Of a stretch of DNA of 64,000 nt, positions 54,022 through 63,422 are shown one piece after another. Numbering within the stretch: the first letter of the stretch is position 1; every line of letters begins with the position of its first letter. The notes beneath the pieces are model-generated. The model did no database searches, was not told the origin of the DNA, and was given only the letters and a program-made list of their open reading frames with translations. The translations under genes were made by a program, and so were the position numbers. Source of the DNA: an uncultured Candidatus Saccharibacteria bacterium (GTDB lineage Bacteria; Patescibacteriota; Minisyncoccia; Phycocordibacterales; Phycocordibacteraceae); the NCBI GenBank assembly GCA_964548265.1, contig CAZJPR010000003.1, positions 279-64,278 on the forward strand, given 5' to 3'.

Positions 54022-55698
54022 TTACCCAAGTGGAAGGTCGACGACGCGCGCGAGCTCTTCAATTGAGGTCTTGCCTTGGAGCACTTTAATGATGCCGTCT
54101 TGTGCAAGTGTGGGGTAGCCCTGGCGAAGTACGTGCTTGGCGATATCGCTTTCAGATGGGTTATCGCGCAGGAACTCACCAAGCTCATCATCCATGAAAA
54201 TAGCTTCGTGGATACCCATACGGCCTTTGTAGCCAGTGGAACCGTCTTCACCGGGGACGGCAACCCACACCGTATCCATAGAAGGAGGGATGAGGGACTT
54301 ATCAGTGAGCGTTGAGAGTACTGTTTCCATCATACGTTTCTCCTCAGCAGTCGCCGGACGCGATTTCTTGGTGGCCTCATCAAGAGTACGCACGAGGCGC
54401 TGGGCCATAGAGACAGTAACGGCAGACGCAAAGAGCTTTGGATCCACCTCAAGGTCAACGAGGCGAGGGAAGGTACCGGCAGCGTTGTTGGTGTGGAGCG
54501 TTGAGAACACAAAGTGACCGGTAAGCGCCGCCTGAATGGCGGTTTCGGCGACCTCTGCATCGCGGATTTCTCCCACCATGATGACGTCAGGATCCTGACG
54601 CAGCACGGAACGAAGGCCTGAGGCAAAGGTGTAGTCGGGGCCCACCTGCGTCTGCACGATGCCTTGCACGTGGTATTCCACCGGGTCTTCAATCGTCACA
54701 ATCTTAATCTCAGGGGAATGAATATCCCGCATGAAGGTATAGAGACTGGTCGTCTTACCGGAGCCGGTAGGACCAGTGTTGAGGAGCATGCCGGTAGGGC
54801 GGCGGATTTCTTTCTGCAAACGTGTGAGCAGCTTGTCGTTAATGCCGATATCAGTCAGCGTGCGTTGAATAGCGCGCGGATCCAGAATACGCAGCACCAC
54901 TGACTCGCCGTAGTTTCCTGGAATCACCGAACAGCGAATTTCAATCTCCATGCCGTTAACCACCACCGTGAAGCGTCCATCCTGCGCTCGGTCCGTAACG
55001 TTCAGCTTCAGGCCAGAGAGAAGTTTGATGCGAGAGTTAAGCGACCGATAGACATGGTGGTCGAAGGAGAAGATGTCGGTCAACATACCATCGAGACGCA
55101 GGCGAATGCGTGCGTCTTCTTCTTCCGGTTCGATATGGATGTCAGATGCCTTCATGACGAACGCAGCAGCAAGAATCTCCTCGAAGATTTTGGAAACCTG
55201 CGCGCCCTTCTTTTCTGCAATTGTTGCGGCAAGCCGTTCCTTAAGTGCAGCGAGGGTCGTGAGCTCTGCCGAAAGCTTTTCAAGTTCGTCACCTGAAATA
55301 TCAAAGGTGCCAGCGGTGCTTACGGTCGCAAGGGAGAGGTCCGCATAACGGGAGTAGGCCTTCTGCAGACTCTTCGGAGAAACCAAGAACTTAGAGAGAA
55401 TGAAGCCGCGCGTTTCAAGTTCGGCAAGTTCAGCTGCAAGCGCAGGATTCTTTGGGTTGTGGAGCGCCACCGATACTTGGTGGGCAATCTTTGCAAAGGC
55501 CACCACCTCTGCCGCACGAGCACGCTCTTCAGGAATAAGACGCAGTGCGTCCACATCAATGGGCACTACACCGAGATCAGTGTAGGAGAGGCCGTAACGG
55601 CCAGAGAGAACCTGCGCGAGGTCCTCTTCTTCTTTCTCTCGGATGCCAGAAAGCTTGGCGTCCTGTCCGGCATCATCAAACGTCGTGTGGCTGGCCAT
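54022..55698 (-). CDS. Second GspE/PilB-family secretion ATPase (orphan)
   Basis: T2SSE_N-like N-domain; Walker A GPTGSGKTTS; His/Asp boxes. Confidence 0.8.
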   Translation of the reverse strand: MASHTTFDDAGQDAKLSGIREKEEEDLAQVLSGRYGLSYTDLGVVPIDVDALRLIPEERARAAEVVAFAKIAHQVSVALHNPKNPALAAELAELETRGFILSKFLVSPKSLQKAYSRYADLSLATVSTAGTFDISGDELEKLSAELTTLAALKERLAATIAEKKGAQVSKIFEEILAAAFVMKASDIHIEPEEEDARIRLRLDGMLTDIFSFDHHVYRSLNSRIKLLSGLKLNVTDRAQDGRFTVVVNGMEIEIRCSVIPGNYGESVVLRILDPRAIQRTLTDIGINDKLLTRLQKEIRRPTGMLLNTGPTGSGKTTSLYTFMRDIHSPEIKIVTIEDPVEYHVQGIVQTQVGPDYTFASGLRSVLRQDPDVIMVGEIRDAEVAETAIQAALTGHFVFSTLHTNNAAGTFPRLVDLEVDPKLFASAVTVSMAQRLVRTLDEATKKSRPATAEEKRMMETVLSTLTDKSLIPPSMDTVWVAVPGEDGSTGYKGRMGIHEAIFMDDELGEFLRDNPSESDIAKHVLRQGYPTLAQDGIIKVLQGKTSIEELARVVDLPLG

Positions 55699-55744
55699 AG
55701 TTCCTCATAGTATCGCGCGAGGGCCCTCTTGGTACAATGGGCAT

Positions 55745-56182
55745 ATGGAGAAAGTCCTCGTATCCCTTGCTGACCTTGAAATGGAAGCACGCGCCCTCGT
55801 TGGGCGTCTTTCTCCTACCCCCGGGGCCGCAACCTTGGTTACGCTCTCTGGTGAGCTTGGGGCGGGTAAGACCGCATTCACGCAAGCGGTCGCAAAGGCC
55901 TACGGCGTAGCGGAGAGCGTGACGAGCCCCACCTTCGTACTTGAGAAGGTGTACACACTTCCGCCCGAGAGTGGGTTTGCACACCTCATCCATATTGATG
56001 CGTATCGTCTTGAGAGTGCTGACGAGCTCAGGGTGCTCGGCTGGGACTCTTTGATGAGAGAAGAGGGGAATCTGGTTCTCCTTGAATGGCCGGAGAACGT
56101 AGCGGGCGCCCTTCCAACAGCAGCCACTGCGATACGCCTCACACCACGAGCAGACGGGTCTCGCCTCATGTCCTATGCCTAA
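55745..56182 (+). CDS. tsaE: tRNA threonylcarbamoyladenosine biosynthesis protein TsaE
   Basis: GELGAGKT P-loop, SPTF motif; ATG at 55745. Confidence 0.75.
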   Translation: MEKVLVSLADLEMEARALVGRLSPTPGAATLVTLSGELGAGKTAFTQAVAKAYGVAESVTSPTFVLEKVYTLPPESGFAHLIHIDAYRLESADELRVLGWDSLMREEGNLVLLEWPENVAGALPTAATAIRLTPRADGSRLMSYA

Positions 56183-58562
56183 GAAGACGGATACAAGGAG
56201 ATTGGTACTGCTTGATGCACACGCGATTATTCACCGCGCCTATCATGCGCTTCCAGACTTTACGACCCCAAAGGGCGAGCCGAGCGGCGCACTCTACGGA
56301 CTCTCGTCAATGCTGCTTCGCATTCTTGCGGACCTGAAGCCCGATTACGTTGCTGCCTGTTACGACCTCCCGAAACCAACCGTGCGGCATGAGGCGTATG
56401 CCGACTACAAAGGGACACGCGCGAAGACTGATGATGCACTCATCGCGCAGCTCAAGACCTCTCGCGAGGTTTTTAAGGCATTTTGCATACCTATATATGA
56501 GCGCGAGGGCTTTGAGGCTGATGACGTTCTGGGCACCATCGCCCACATGCTTCGCGACGAGAGGGAGGTGGAGGTCATTATCGCGTCTGGTGACATGGAC
56601 TGCCTGCAGTTAGTCGAAGGCAAGCGCGTAAAGGTGTACACGCTTAAGAAGGGGCTGAACGACACCATCCTCTACGACGAGAAGGCCGTACAAGACCGCT
56701 TCGGGTTTCCTCCCGCGCTCATTCCTGACTACAAGGGGCTCCGTGGTGACCCGTCCGATAACATCAAAGGCATACCAGGCATTGGGGAGAAGACCGCAAC
56801 TGACCTCATCACGAACTTCGGTAGTGTTGAAGACATCTACAAGAAACTTAAGAAAAGTGAGAAGCCGTTTCTTGAGAAGGGCATCAAGGCACGCATCGTC
56901 GCGCTTCTTAAGGAACATGAGGAGGATGCGATGTTCTCAAAGATGCTCGCGACCATTCGCACCGATGCGCCGATTGCGTTTGCGCTTGGGGACGCCGAGC
57001 GTCACGCGGATCGCGGCAAGAAAGTACTCGGGCTCTTTGACGAACTTGGATTCCGTTCGCTTCGGGGGCGTGCTCGCGCCGTACTCTTTGGTGGGGACGA
57101 AGAAGATGAAGACGAGGAGGGAGAGATGGGGGAGGAACCAAGCGAGGACGATATCCCTCCGCAACGCCTCGCCGAAGCAAAGGTGATGCTCTGGCTCGTG
57201 CACTCAGAGTTCTCCAATCCTTCGCTTGATGACGTGCTTGCGTTTACCAAGAGCAACTCGTTTGACGAAGCGTATGCGGAACTCGAGAAGCAACTGAAGG
57301 CCACCGGCAGACTCTGGGACGTATACGAGAACATTGAGAAGCCCTTGGTACCAGTGCTCGCCAAGATGAAGGAGGTAGGCGTTTACGTTGACAAAAAGGT
57401 GCTGGCGAAGCTCGAGAAAACCTATCGGGCGGAACTTGAAGGAATCGAGAAGCGCATCCACAAGGCAGCTGGTCACGAATTCAACATCAGCTCGCCTAAG
57501 CAGCTTGGAGTCGTGCTCTTTGATGAGCTTGAGCTTTCCGCCAAGGGACAGAAGAAGACTGCGGGCGGCCAACGCTCCACGAGAGAGTCTGAGCTTGAGA
57601 AAATCCGCGACCTCCACCCAATCGTTGCGGACATTCTTGAGTATCGTGAGATTCAAAAGATTCTGTCCACCTATATAGAAGCGATTACTCCTTTGCTCGA
57701 CAAGGAAGGAAGGCTGCATGCAGACTTCATACAGACGGGAGCTTCCACTGGTCGCATGGCGAGCGCCAACCCGAACCTCCAGAATATTCCGATTAGGAGC
57801 GAGCGTGGGCGAGCAATCCGCAACGCATTTGCGGCACCCGAAGGCTGCGTGCTGGTTGCGCTCGACTACTCGCAGATAGAATTGCGTATCGCAGCAATTG
57901 TGTCAGGCGACGAGAAACTTGGAGATATTTTCCGTAGCGGCCGCGATGTACATACGGAAGTGGCCGCAGCGGTCTTCAAGGTTGCGCCAGACAAAGTCGA
58001 CGCTGAGATGCGCAGACGTGCAAAGGCGATTAACTTCGGCATTCTCTATGGCATGGGCGTGAATTCGCTTCGCACCGCACTCGGCACCACAACCGCTGAG
58101 GCGCACCAGTTCTATGACGATTATTTCAACACTTTCAGCACCCTTGCGGAGTATCTTGAGAAGACCAAGGGCTTTGCACGCAAGAACGGGTACACCGAAA
58201 CACTATTTGGCCGCCGCCGCCAGTTCCCTGAGATGAAGTCTCCGCTTCCATACGTGCGTGCACAGGCAGAGCGCATGGCCATCAATGCTCCTATTCAAGG
58301 AACGCAGTCCGACATCATCAAACTTGCGATGGTGCGCATCGATACCTTTCTTCAACAAGAAGGAAACGATAAGAATGCGCATCTGTTGCTTCAAGTGCAT
58401 GACGAGCTCGTGTACGAAATGAGCGAAGAACGCGCGAAGGACCTCACCCCTCGTATTAAGGCGCTCATGGAGGATGTGCTACCTCCCGAGGAGGCACATA
58501 ACGTACCTATCGTTGCGGAGGCTAAGCTAGGCCCTGATTGGGGTACCATGGAGCGTATATGA
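56175..58562 (+). CDS. polA: DNA polymerase I (5'-nuclease + polymerase; no recognisable 3'-5' exonuclease domain)
   Basis: 5'-3' exo N-domain; pol motifs A (DYSQIELR), B (RRRAKAINFGILYG), C (VHDE); 795 aa. Confidence 0.9.
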   Translation: MPKKTDTRRLVLLDAHAIIHRAYHALPDFTTPKGEPSGALYGLSSMLLRILADLKPDYVAACYDLPKPTVRHEAYADYKGTRAKTDDALIAQLKTSREVFKAFCIPIYEREGFEADDVLGTIAHMLRDEREVEVIIASGDMDCLQLVEGKRVKVYTLKKGLNDTILYDEKAVQDRFGFPPALIPDYKGLRGDPSDNIKGIPGIGEKTATDLITNFGSVEDIYKKLKKSEKPFLEKGIKARIVALLKEHEEDAMFSKMLATIRTDAPIAFALGDAERHADRGKKVLGLFDELGFRSLRGRARAVLFGGDEEDEDEEGEMGEEPSEDDIPPQRLAEAKVMLWLVHSEFSNPSLDDVLAFTKSNSFDEAYAELEKQLKATGRLWDVYENIEKPLVPVLAKMKEVGVYVDKKVLAKLEKTYRAELEGIEKRIHKAAGHEFNISSPKQLGVVLFDELELSAKGQKKTAGGQRSTRESELEKIRDLHPIVADILEYREIQKILSTYIEAITPLLDKEGRLHADFIQTGASTGRMASANPNLQNIPIRSERGRAIRNAFAAPEGCVLVALDYSQIELRIAAIVSGDEKLGDIFRSGRDVHTEVAAAVFKVAPDKVDAEMRRRAKAINFGILYGMGVNSLRTALGTTTAEAHQFYDDYFNTFSTLAEYLEKTKGFARKNGYTETLFGRRRQFPEMKSPLPYVRAQAERMAINAPIQGTQSDIIKLAMVRIDTFLQQEGNDKNAHLLLQVHDELVYEMSEERAKDLTPRIKALMEDVLPPEEAHNVPIVAEAKLGPDWGTMERI

Positions 58563-59212
58563 TTTACCTCTTCCACGGCTCGGACGCAGGGAAGGCCAGA
58601 GCCAAGGCATTTCAGTGGGTGAGCGCCTCTCGAAGTAAACAGCCGGATGCCCCGTATATACGTCTTGATGCGCAATCTCTTACCGAGGCCACACTCTCAG
58701 AAGCCATTGCTACGCAAGGACTCTTTTTCAAGAAAGCACTCGTTCTGATTGATGATCCGTTCTCGCTCACAACATCCGGCGAAGTGCTCCTTGAGCACCT
58801 CCATGCACTTGCCGAATCCGCAAACCCCATTGCGATACTGGCACCGAAGCTACTTGCCGCGCGCGTAAAGAAACTCGAAGCGAAAGCAGAGAAGGTATTC
58901 GTCTCAGATCGGAAGGAGAAGAAGGTTGTGCGCGGGTTTAACTCAGGACTGGTAAACGCACTTGCGTCAAAGGACCGCGAAGCGCTCTGGAAGGAAATCA
59001 CGAAAGCGCTTCGCCAAGGGGATGCCCCTGAGATGGTGCACGGCCTCTTGCATTGGAAGGCTCGAGACATGATGCAGAAGGGAAGCCCAAAGTGGGGGAA
59101 GGATGGCGCGCGCAGATTGTCACGAGATTTGATTGAACTTCTTTCGGATTCCCGAAGCGGAGACCTTGAACTCTCGCTTGCGCTTGAGCGGTTTGCGCTC
59201 TCGGTGAAATAG
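58559..59212 (+). CDS. holA: DNA polymerase III delta subunit-like (HolA-like)
   Basis: MIYLFHGSD N-terminus and helical C-region resemble short HolA; overlaps polA stop (ATATGA). Confidence 0.4.
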   Translation: MIYLFHGSDAGKARAKAFQWVSASRSKQPDAPYIRLDAQSLTEATLSEAIATQGLFFKKALVLIDDPFSLTTSGEVLLEHLHALAESANPIAILAPKLLAARVKKLEAKAEKVFVSDRKEKKVVRGFNSGLVNALASKDREALWKEITKALRQGDAPEMVHGLLHWKARDMMQKGSPKWGKDGARRLSRDLIELLSDSRSGDLELSLALERFALSVK

Positions 59213-59285
59213 TCCGCCCGCCAGGGCTCGAACCTGGGACCGTCTCCTTAAAAGGGAGCTGCTCTACCGACTGAGCTACGGGCGG
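59213..59285 (-). tRNA. tRNA-Lys (anticodon TTT)
   Basis: On minus strand: acceptor CCGCCCG/CGGGCGG, anticodon loop CTTTTAA, T-arm CCAGG-TTCGAGC-CCTGG. Confidence 0.8.
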
Positions 59286-59302
59286 CTTTGGGTACGCTAC
59301 CA

Positions 59303-60208
59303 CTAGTACGCGAGCACGTCGACAGTCTTGCCCTCAGCATCCAAGAGACGGATGGTCTCATGGTTCTCTCTCCAGAGTTCCTGGCTGTTACCAAGGAAGA
59401 CGCGCCAGGTGCCTCCAATGAATGAAGGCTCGTCTACGTGACGCGCAGCGCAGGAGTTGTAGTTGAGGTCACCAAGGAGATTCTCGCAGGAGTTTGAGAG
59501 GCTTGATGGCGCTCTCGACACGACCGAACAGCGCGGAACAGTGTAGCTAAAGTCGATGCACTCCTCATCTCCTCCTGCTGCCCGTATCTCTGACTGGGCG
59601 CTCGGGCAGTCTTGATCGAGGTCTGGAGAGAAGTCCTGGAACTCGGAAAGGTATCCCGTACAGAGATTCTCACGGAAGGACACCCCAATGGGAGAGCGCC
59701 CACTCGTTATGATGGCCGTATCGCCAGGGTTAAGCGTAATGTTTGAAAGGGAATTCACCTTTCCTGAGTGCGGTACTTCGACGCCTTGTGGGATGGTGAC
59801 CGCCACCTCAGTTGCGGCACTCTCGAGCTTCCACCCAGAGAAGGTAATGGGGTCGCTCGCCCTGCGGGAAACAGAGAGAGAAAGATATTCCTGCTTTGCA
59901 TCAGTGTTGCGCGGGCCGCTGGGGTTGCGACTAATCGACACCAGCCCACGGTAGGTGGACGCTTCTCCAAATGAGGAGAGGTCATCTATTTGAGCTTCGA
60001 GATCAAAGAAGCTCCCAGACGCCCCACTTCCTGTTGAAGAACCCGAACCACGTTTCAGGTCGTACGGCTCAGCAACCTGACCTGGTCCGCTAATGGGCTT
60101 TAGGTACGGTCCCGCAAAGGAGAAGGGCTTGGAGGGTCCGCCTGTAATGGCCCAGAGTACGAATATAAAGACGAGAACACCAAAGAAGAAAACCGCGTTG
60201 CTGCTCAT
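59303..60208 (-). CDS. Membrane-anchored extracytoplasmic protein, unknown function
   Basis: N-terminal TM AVFFFGVLVFIFVLWAI; Cys-containing C-region. Confidence 0.45.
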   Translation of the reverse strand: MSSNAVFFFGVLVFIFVLWAITGGPSKPFSFAGPYLKPISGPGQVAEPYDLKRGSGSSTGSGASGSFFDLEAQIDDLSSFGEASTYRGLVSISRNPSGPRNTDAKQEYLSLSVSRRASDPITFSGWKLESAATEVAVTIPQGVEVPHSGKVNSLSNITLNPGDTAIITSGRSPIGVSFRENLCTGYLSEFQDFSPDLDQDCPSAQSEIRAAGGDEECIDFSYTVPRCSVVSRAPSSLSNSCENLLGDLNYNSCAARHVDEPSFIGGTWRVFLGNSQELWRENHETIRLLDAEGKTVDVLAY

Positions 60209-60212
60209 GCGT

Positions 60213-61472
60213 CTATGATACCAGCTTCTCGAGTTCGTCCTTTACGACGCGTGCATCACTCCAGGGAGTGCGTGTCCCACGAGCGCCCATGATGTAGGGG
60301 TCGGTGCCCTTACCAGTAATAAGGACTGCGTCGCCTGCCTGTGCGAGCGAGAGCGCGGACTTGATTGCTTCACGTCGGTCCATAACGATTCGCGGCTTCT
60401 TCTGCATTCCAGAGGCCATTGCCGCAACGATGGCATTAGGGTCCTCATCGTACGGGTCTTCGTTTGTGAGGATGACCTCATCACAGTATTCCTCTGCAAT
60501 GGCGCCCATCTCCGGACGCTTCCAGGTATCACGGCCACCGCCAGTGTTTCCGAGGACGCAGATTTTCCGGCGTGACGGGTACGCACTGTAGAGCGCACGA
60601 AGGGAATCTGGCGTGTGCGCGTAGTCGACGACTGCGAGGAAGGCCTGTCCGCCGTCTATTTTCTCCGCTCGTCCCGGGATGCGAATGAGCTTGGTAAGCG
60701 CACGAGCGCTCACTTCAAACGGGACACCAAGGAAGCGAGCTGCCTTCGCGGCTGCAAGCGCGTTCAGTATGGAAAAGGTTCCTGGGTGAGGGAGGGAGAA
60801 ACGCACGCCATCGAGTGTGAAGGCAACACCGTCATTTTCCATAACGATGTCCGTAACATCGGTAAGCGAGAAGCCAATCTTTTCTTCGAGCGGGAGTTCA
60901 AGGAATCGCTTCCCGTATTCGTCTTGTGCATTGGCGATGATGGCGCGCGGTCGCTTCGGGGAGCGGACCACCGCCTTCCCAAGGCGAAACTTAGCCTGGA
61001 AGTAGTTTTCCATACTCCCGTGTGACTCAATGTGCTCCTTTGCGAGGTTTGTGAACACCAGTCCATTGAGATAGGTAAATGAGTGGCGATACTGCACGGC
61101 GCTCTCGCTCGTAAGCTCCACGACTGCGTGCGTGCAGCGAGCCGTACGCGCATTGTGTAAAAACGATTGCAAAAATCCTCGACCAGGCAAGGTCATCTTG
61201 TAGAGGTTGCCGTCTGAGGTCGCGCCTAGTTTGAAGCGAATGGTGCTTGAGAGAGCAACCTGCTTTCCGTCTTCCTCCAAACACGCTGCAAGCATCTCGC
61301 AGACGGAAGACTTTCCCTTAGTGCCGGTAACGCCGATAACCACCAGCTTCTTTGCGGGGAACCCATACCAGACCGCACTTCCAAGTGCCCAGAGATAGTG
61401 GTAGCCAGTGAGCAGTCCGCGGTAGAACGAACGCGGAAGCAGTGTCTGGAGTACCGTTCGAAGGACTCCCAT
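60213..61472 (-). CDS. murE: Mur ligase family protein (MurE-like UDP-N-acetylmuramoyl-tripeptide synthetase)
   Basis: P-loop VIGVTGTKGKSS; Mur ligase middle and C domains. Confidence 0.65.
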   Translation of the reverse strand: MGVLRTVLQTLLPRSFYRGLLTGYHYLWALGSAVWYGFPAKKLVVIGVTGTKGKSSVCEMLAACLEEDGKQVALSSTIRFKLGATSDGNLYKMTLPGRGFLQSFLHNARTARCTHAVVELTSESAVQYRHSFTYLNGLVFTNLAKEHIESHGSMENYFQAKFRLGKAVVRSPKRPRAIIANAQDEYGKRFLELPLEEKIGFSLTDVTDIVMENDGVAFTLDGVRFSLPHPGTFSILNALAAAKAARFLGVPFEVSARALTKLIRIPGRAEKIDGGQAFLAVVDYAHTPDSLRALYSAYPSRRKICVLGNTGGGRDTWKRPEMGAIAEEYCDEVILTNEDPYDEDPNAIVAAMASGMQKKPRIVMDRREAIKSALSLAQAGDAVLITGKGTDPYIMGARGTRTPWSDARVVKDELEKLVS

Positions 61473-61474
61473 GA

Positions 61475-62029
61475 TTAGTGAGCAGCAGAAGAGAGTGCTG
61501 CCTTAAGTCGCGCATCTTTCCCAACCACCTCAGAAGGAATGCCAGAGACTGCACGACGTGCTTCGCGGTCAGTATAGCCAAGCGCCACCAGCGTATCGAA
61601 GACGTCAGCATCCTCGCTATCGTGCGGAGCGCCGTCAGTGCCAATTTTTTCAGAGAGTTCGAGGGCAAGTTTCTCAGCTGCCTTTTTGCCGAGACCAACG
61701 ACGCGTGTGAGGTAGGAAATGTCGCGCTTAGCGATTGCGCCTTCAAGCGCCTCTCGTGGCGCGCGACGTAGCAGCGAGAGTGCGGTCTTCGGACCAACTC
61801 CCGGAACGAGCAAGGTCATTTGGAAGAAGCGAAGGTCCGCTGGGTCCGAAAAAGCATAGAGCTCGACTCCGTCCTGCTTCATGGCGAGGTGTGTATCCAG
61901 TGTTACTTCAGCTCCTACAACGAGCGTTGCGGTTGAAGGCATAGACACCGAGACACCCCAACCGGACACATCAATAACGGCTCCTTCGGGGCTTACCGAT
62001 ACCACCGCACCGCGTATCTGCCGTATCAT
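61475..62029 (-). CDS. ruvA: Holliday junction DNA helicase RuvA
   Basis: OB-fold N-domain and two HhH motifs (VPGVGPKTA, VGLGKKAAEKL). Confidence 0.85.
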   Translation of the reverse strand: MIRQIRGAVVSVSPEGAVIDVSGWGVSVSMPSTATLVVGAEVTLDTHLAMKQDGVELYAFSDPADLRFFQMTLLVPGVGPKTALSLLRRAPREALEGAIAKRDISYLTRVVGLGKKAAEKLALELSEKIGTDGAPHDSEDADVFDTLVALGYTDREARRAVSGIPSEVVGKDARLKAALSSAAH

Positions 62030-62083
62030 CCGCTTAATCCTACCATTTGCAGGAAAAGGACGGATAGCGTACTATGCCGCGAC

Positions 62084-62350
62084 ATGGCAATTACGAAATC
62101 AGCAAAGAAGGCCCACCGCGCGTCCCTTAACAAGCGCGTGTTCAACCTCCGCCGCAAGCGCGCACTCGCTGACTCCACCAAGGACGTCCGCACCCTCCTT
62201 TCTTCCGGAAAGGCAAAGGACGCTGCGGCATCTCTCTCAGTTGCCTACAAGGCAATTGATAAGGCAGCAAAGCGCGGTGTCATCAAGAAGAACACCGCAT
62301 CGAGAAAGAAGGCTCGTCTCGCTGCCGCTCTCAAGCGCGCAACAGCCTAA
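62084..62350 (+). CDS. rpsT: 30S ribosomal protein S20
   Basis: MAITKSAKKAHRASLNKRVFN... Confidence 0.85.
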   Translation: MAITKSAKKAHRASLNKRVFNLRRKRALADSTKDVRTLLSSGKAKDAAASLSVAYKAIDKAAKRGVIKKNTASRKKARLAAALKRATA

Positions 62351-62354
62351 CGAA

Positions 62355-62380
62355 CAATCGCCCGAAAGGGCGATTTTCAG
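62355..62380 (+). terminator. Rho-independent terminator after rpsT
   Basis: ATCGCCC-gaaa-GGGCGAT followed by TTTC. Confidence 0.6.
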
Positions 62381-62682
62381 TTCTTGAGCCTTCCGTTGGC
62401 TCCCAGTACCTGTCGGGCCGTCCGGAGGGTATTGTTCACGTGGTCGCGATGTCCGCGCATTGCCTCTGCGTACTCCCAATCCTTGGTCCATATCGCATCG
62501 AGATCACCGTAGGCTTCTGCAAGCGCATCAAGCGCTTCTTTGGATGGTGACTCTCCTTTCTGGCATTCGACAATCGCATCGAGTACGCGCCTGGTGTCGA
62601 CAAGCTCAGCGGCTCGTTTATTCCCCTCAGACCGGCGAGTGAATTTCGCGCCCAATTGTTCAATAATCCATTTGGGACCCAT
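62377..62682 (-). CDS. Hypothetical small helical protein
   Basis: 101 aa; weak R-x4-H-like stretch MRGHRDHV, otherwise no family recognised. Confidence 0.35.
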   Translation of the reverse strand: MGPKWIIEQLGAKFTRRSEGNKRAAELVDTRRVLDAIVECQKGESPSKEALDALAEAYGDLDAIWTKDWEYAEAMRGHRDHVNNTLRTARQVLGANGRLKN

Positions 62683-62703
62683 AGATACAGAGTACCATCG
62701 CGG

Positions 62704-62775
62704 TGCTCTCGGTAGGAATCGAACCTACATTTCCTCCTTCGGAGGGAGATGTCCTATCCATTGAACGACGAGAGC
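62704..62775 (-). tRNA. tRNA-Arg (anticodon CCG)
   Basis: On minus strand: acceptor GCTCTCG/CGAGAGC, anticodon loop CTCCGAA, T-arm GTAGG-TTCGATT-CCTAC. Confidence 0.8.
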
Positions 62776-62802
62776 GTTCGAGGACTATAGCACTTTCTAT
62801 TG

Positions 62803-62874
62803 TGCTCCCGGTAGGAATCGAACCTACATTACAAGCTCCGCAAGCTTGCGTCCTATCCATTGAACGACGGGAGC
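62803..62874 (-). tRNA. tRNA-Arg (anticodon GCG as read; unusual)
   Basis: Acceptor GCTCCCG/CGGGAGC, anticodon stem CAAGC/GCTTG, loop TTGCGGA; same D- and T-arms as the neighbouring tRNA. Confidence 0.65.
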
Positions 62875-62916
62875 AATAGGGCTGACTCTATCGCCCTTCG
62901 CGAGCTTCCGCAAGGA

Positions 62917-63390
62917 TTAGAGTCGTAGCGATTCGATGAACCTATCAACGATGGAATGCTCGTGATTGCCTTCCGGTACATGCTGGCTGATGTAGGTGTA
63001 CACCTTGAGTGGGTCATGCCCAACAATTGGGACGAGAAGGTGAGGGGAGAGCACGTGGCGGGTCTTTATGGAAAGCGCAGGTGGCAGATCCTTCTCTATA
63101 TACTCGAGCACCGAGAAGTGGAGCATGTCCGCATAGAGGTAGAGCGTGTCATCAATGGCGACGCCCTCTTCACGCACTGAGAAGCGATGTATGCGCGGAT
63201 GGCGAGCAGTGCGTACCGCAACGGCTCCTGCGCCCGCAGCAATCACGAGGGCCAGCAGAATGTTGTTGAAGAGAATGCAGGCGATCACCGCTGCTGTAGC
63301 GATGATACCGAGAGCCCAATACCAGTCAGCGCCTTTCTCGCCGAACTCGTACTCGCGGCCCTCCCATTCATAAATGATGGCGCGTGCCAT
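62917..63390 (-). CDS. Membrane protein, unknown function (2 TM + cytoplasmic domain)
   Basis: 157 aa; hydrophobic segment WALGIIATAAVIACILFNNILLALVIAAGAGAV. Confidence 0.45.
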   Translation of the reverse strand: MARAIIYEWEGREYEFGEKGADWYWALGIIATAAVIACILFNNILLALVIAAGAGAVAVRTARHPRIHRFSVREEGVAIDDTLYLYADMLHFSVLEYIEKDLPPALSIKTRHVLSPHLLVPIVGHDPLKVYTYISQHVPEGNHEHSIVDRFIESLRL

Positions 63391-63422
63391 AACTCACCTC
63401 ATGATACCACCTCTACAGTGGC

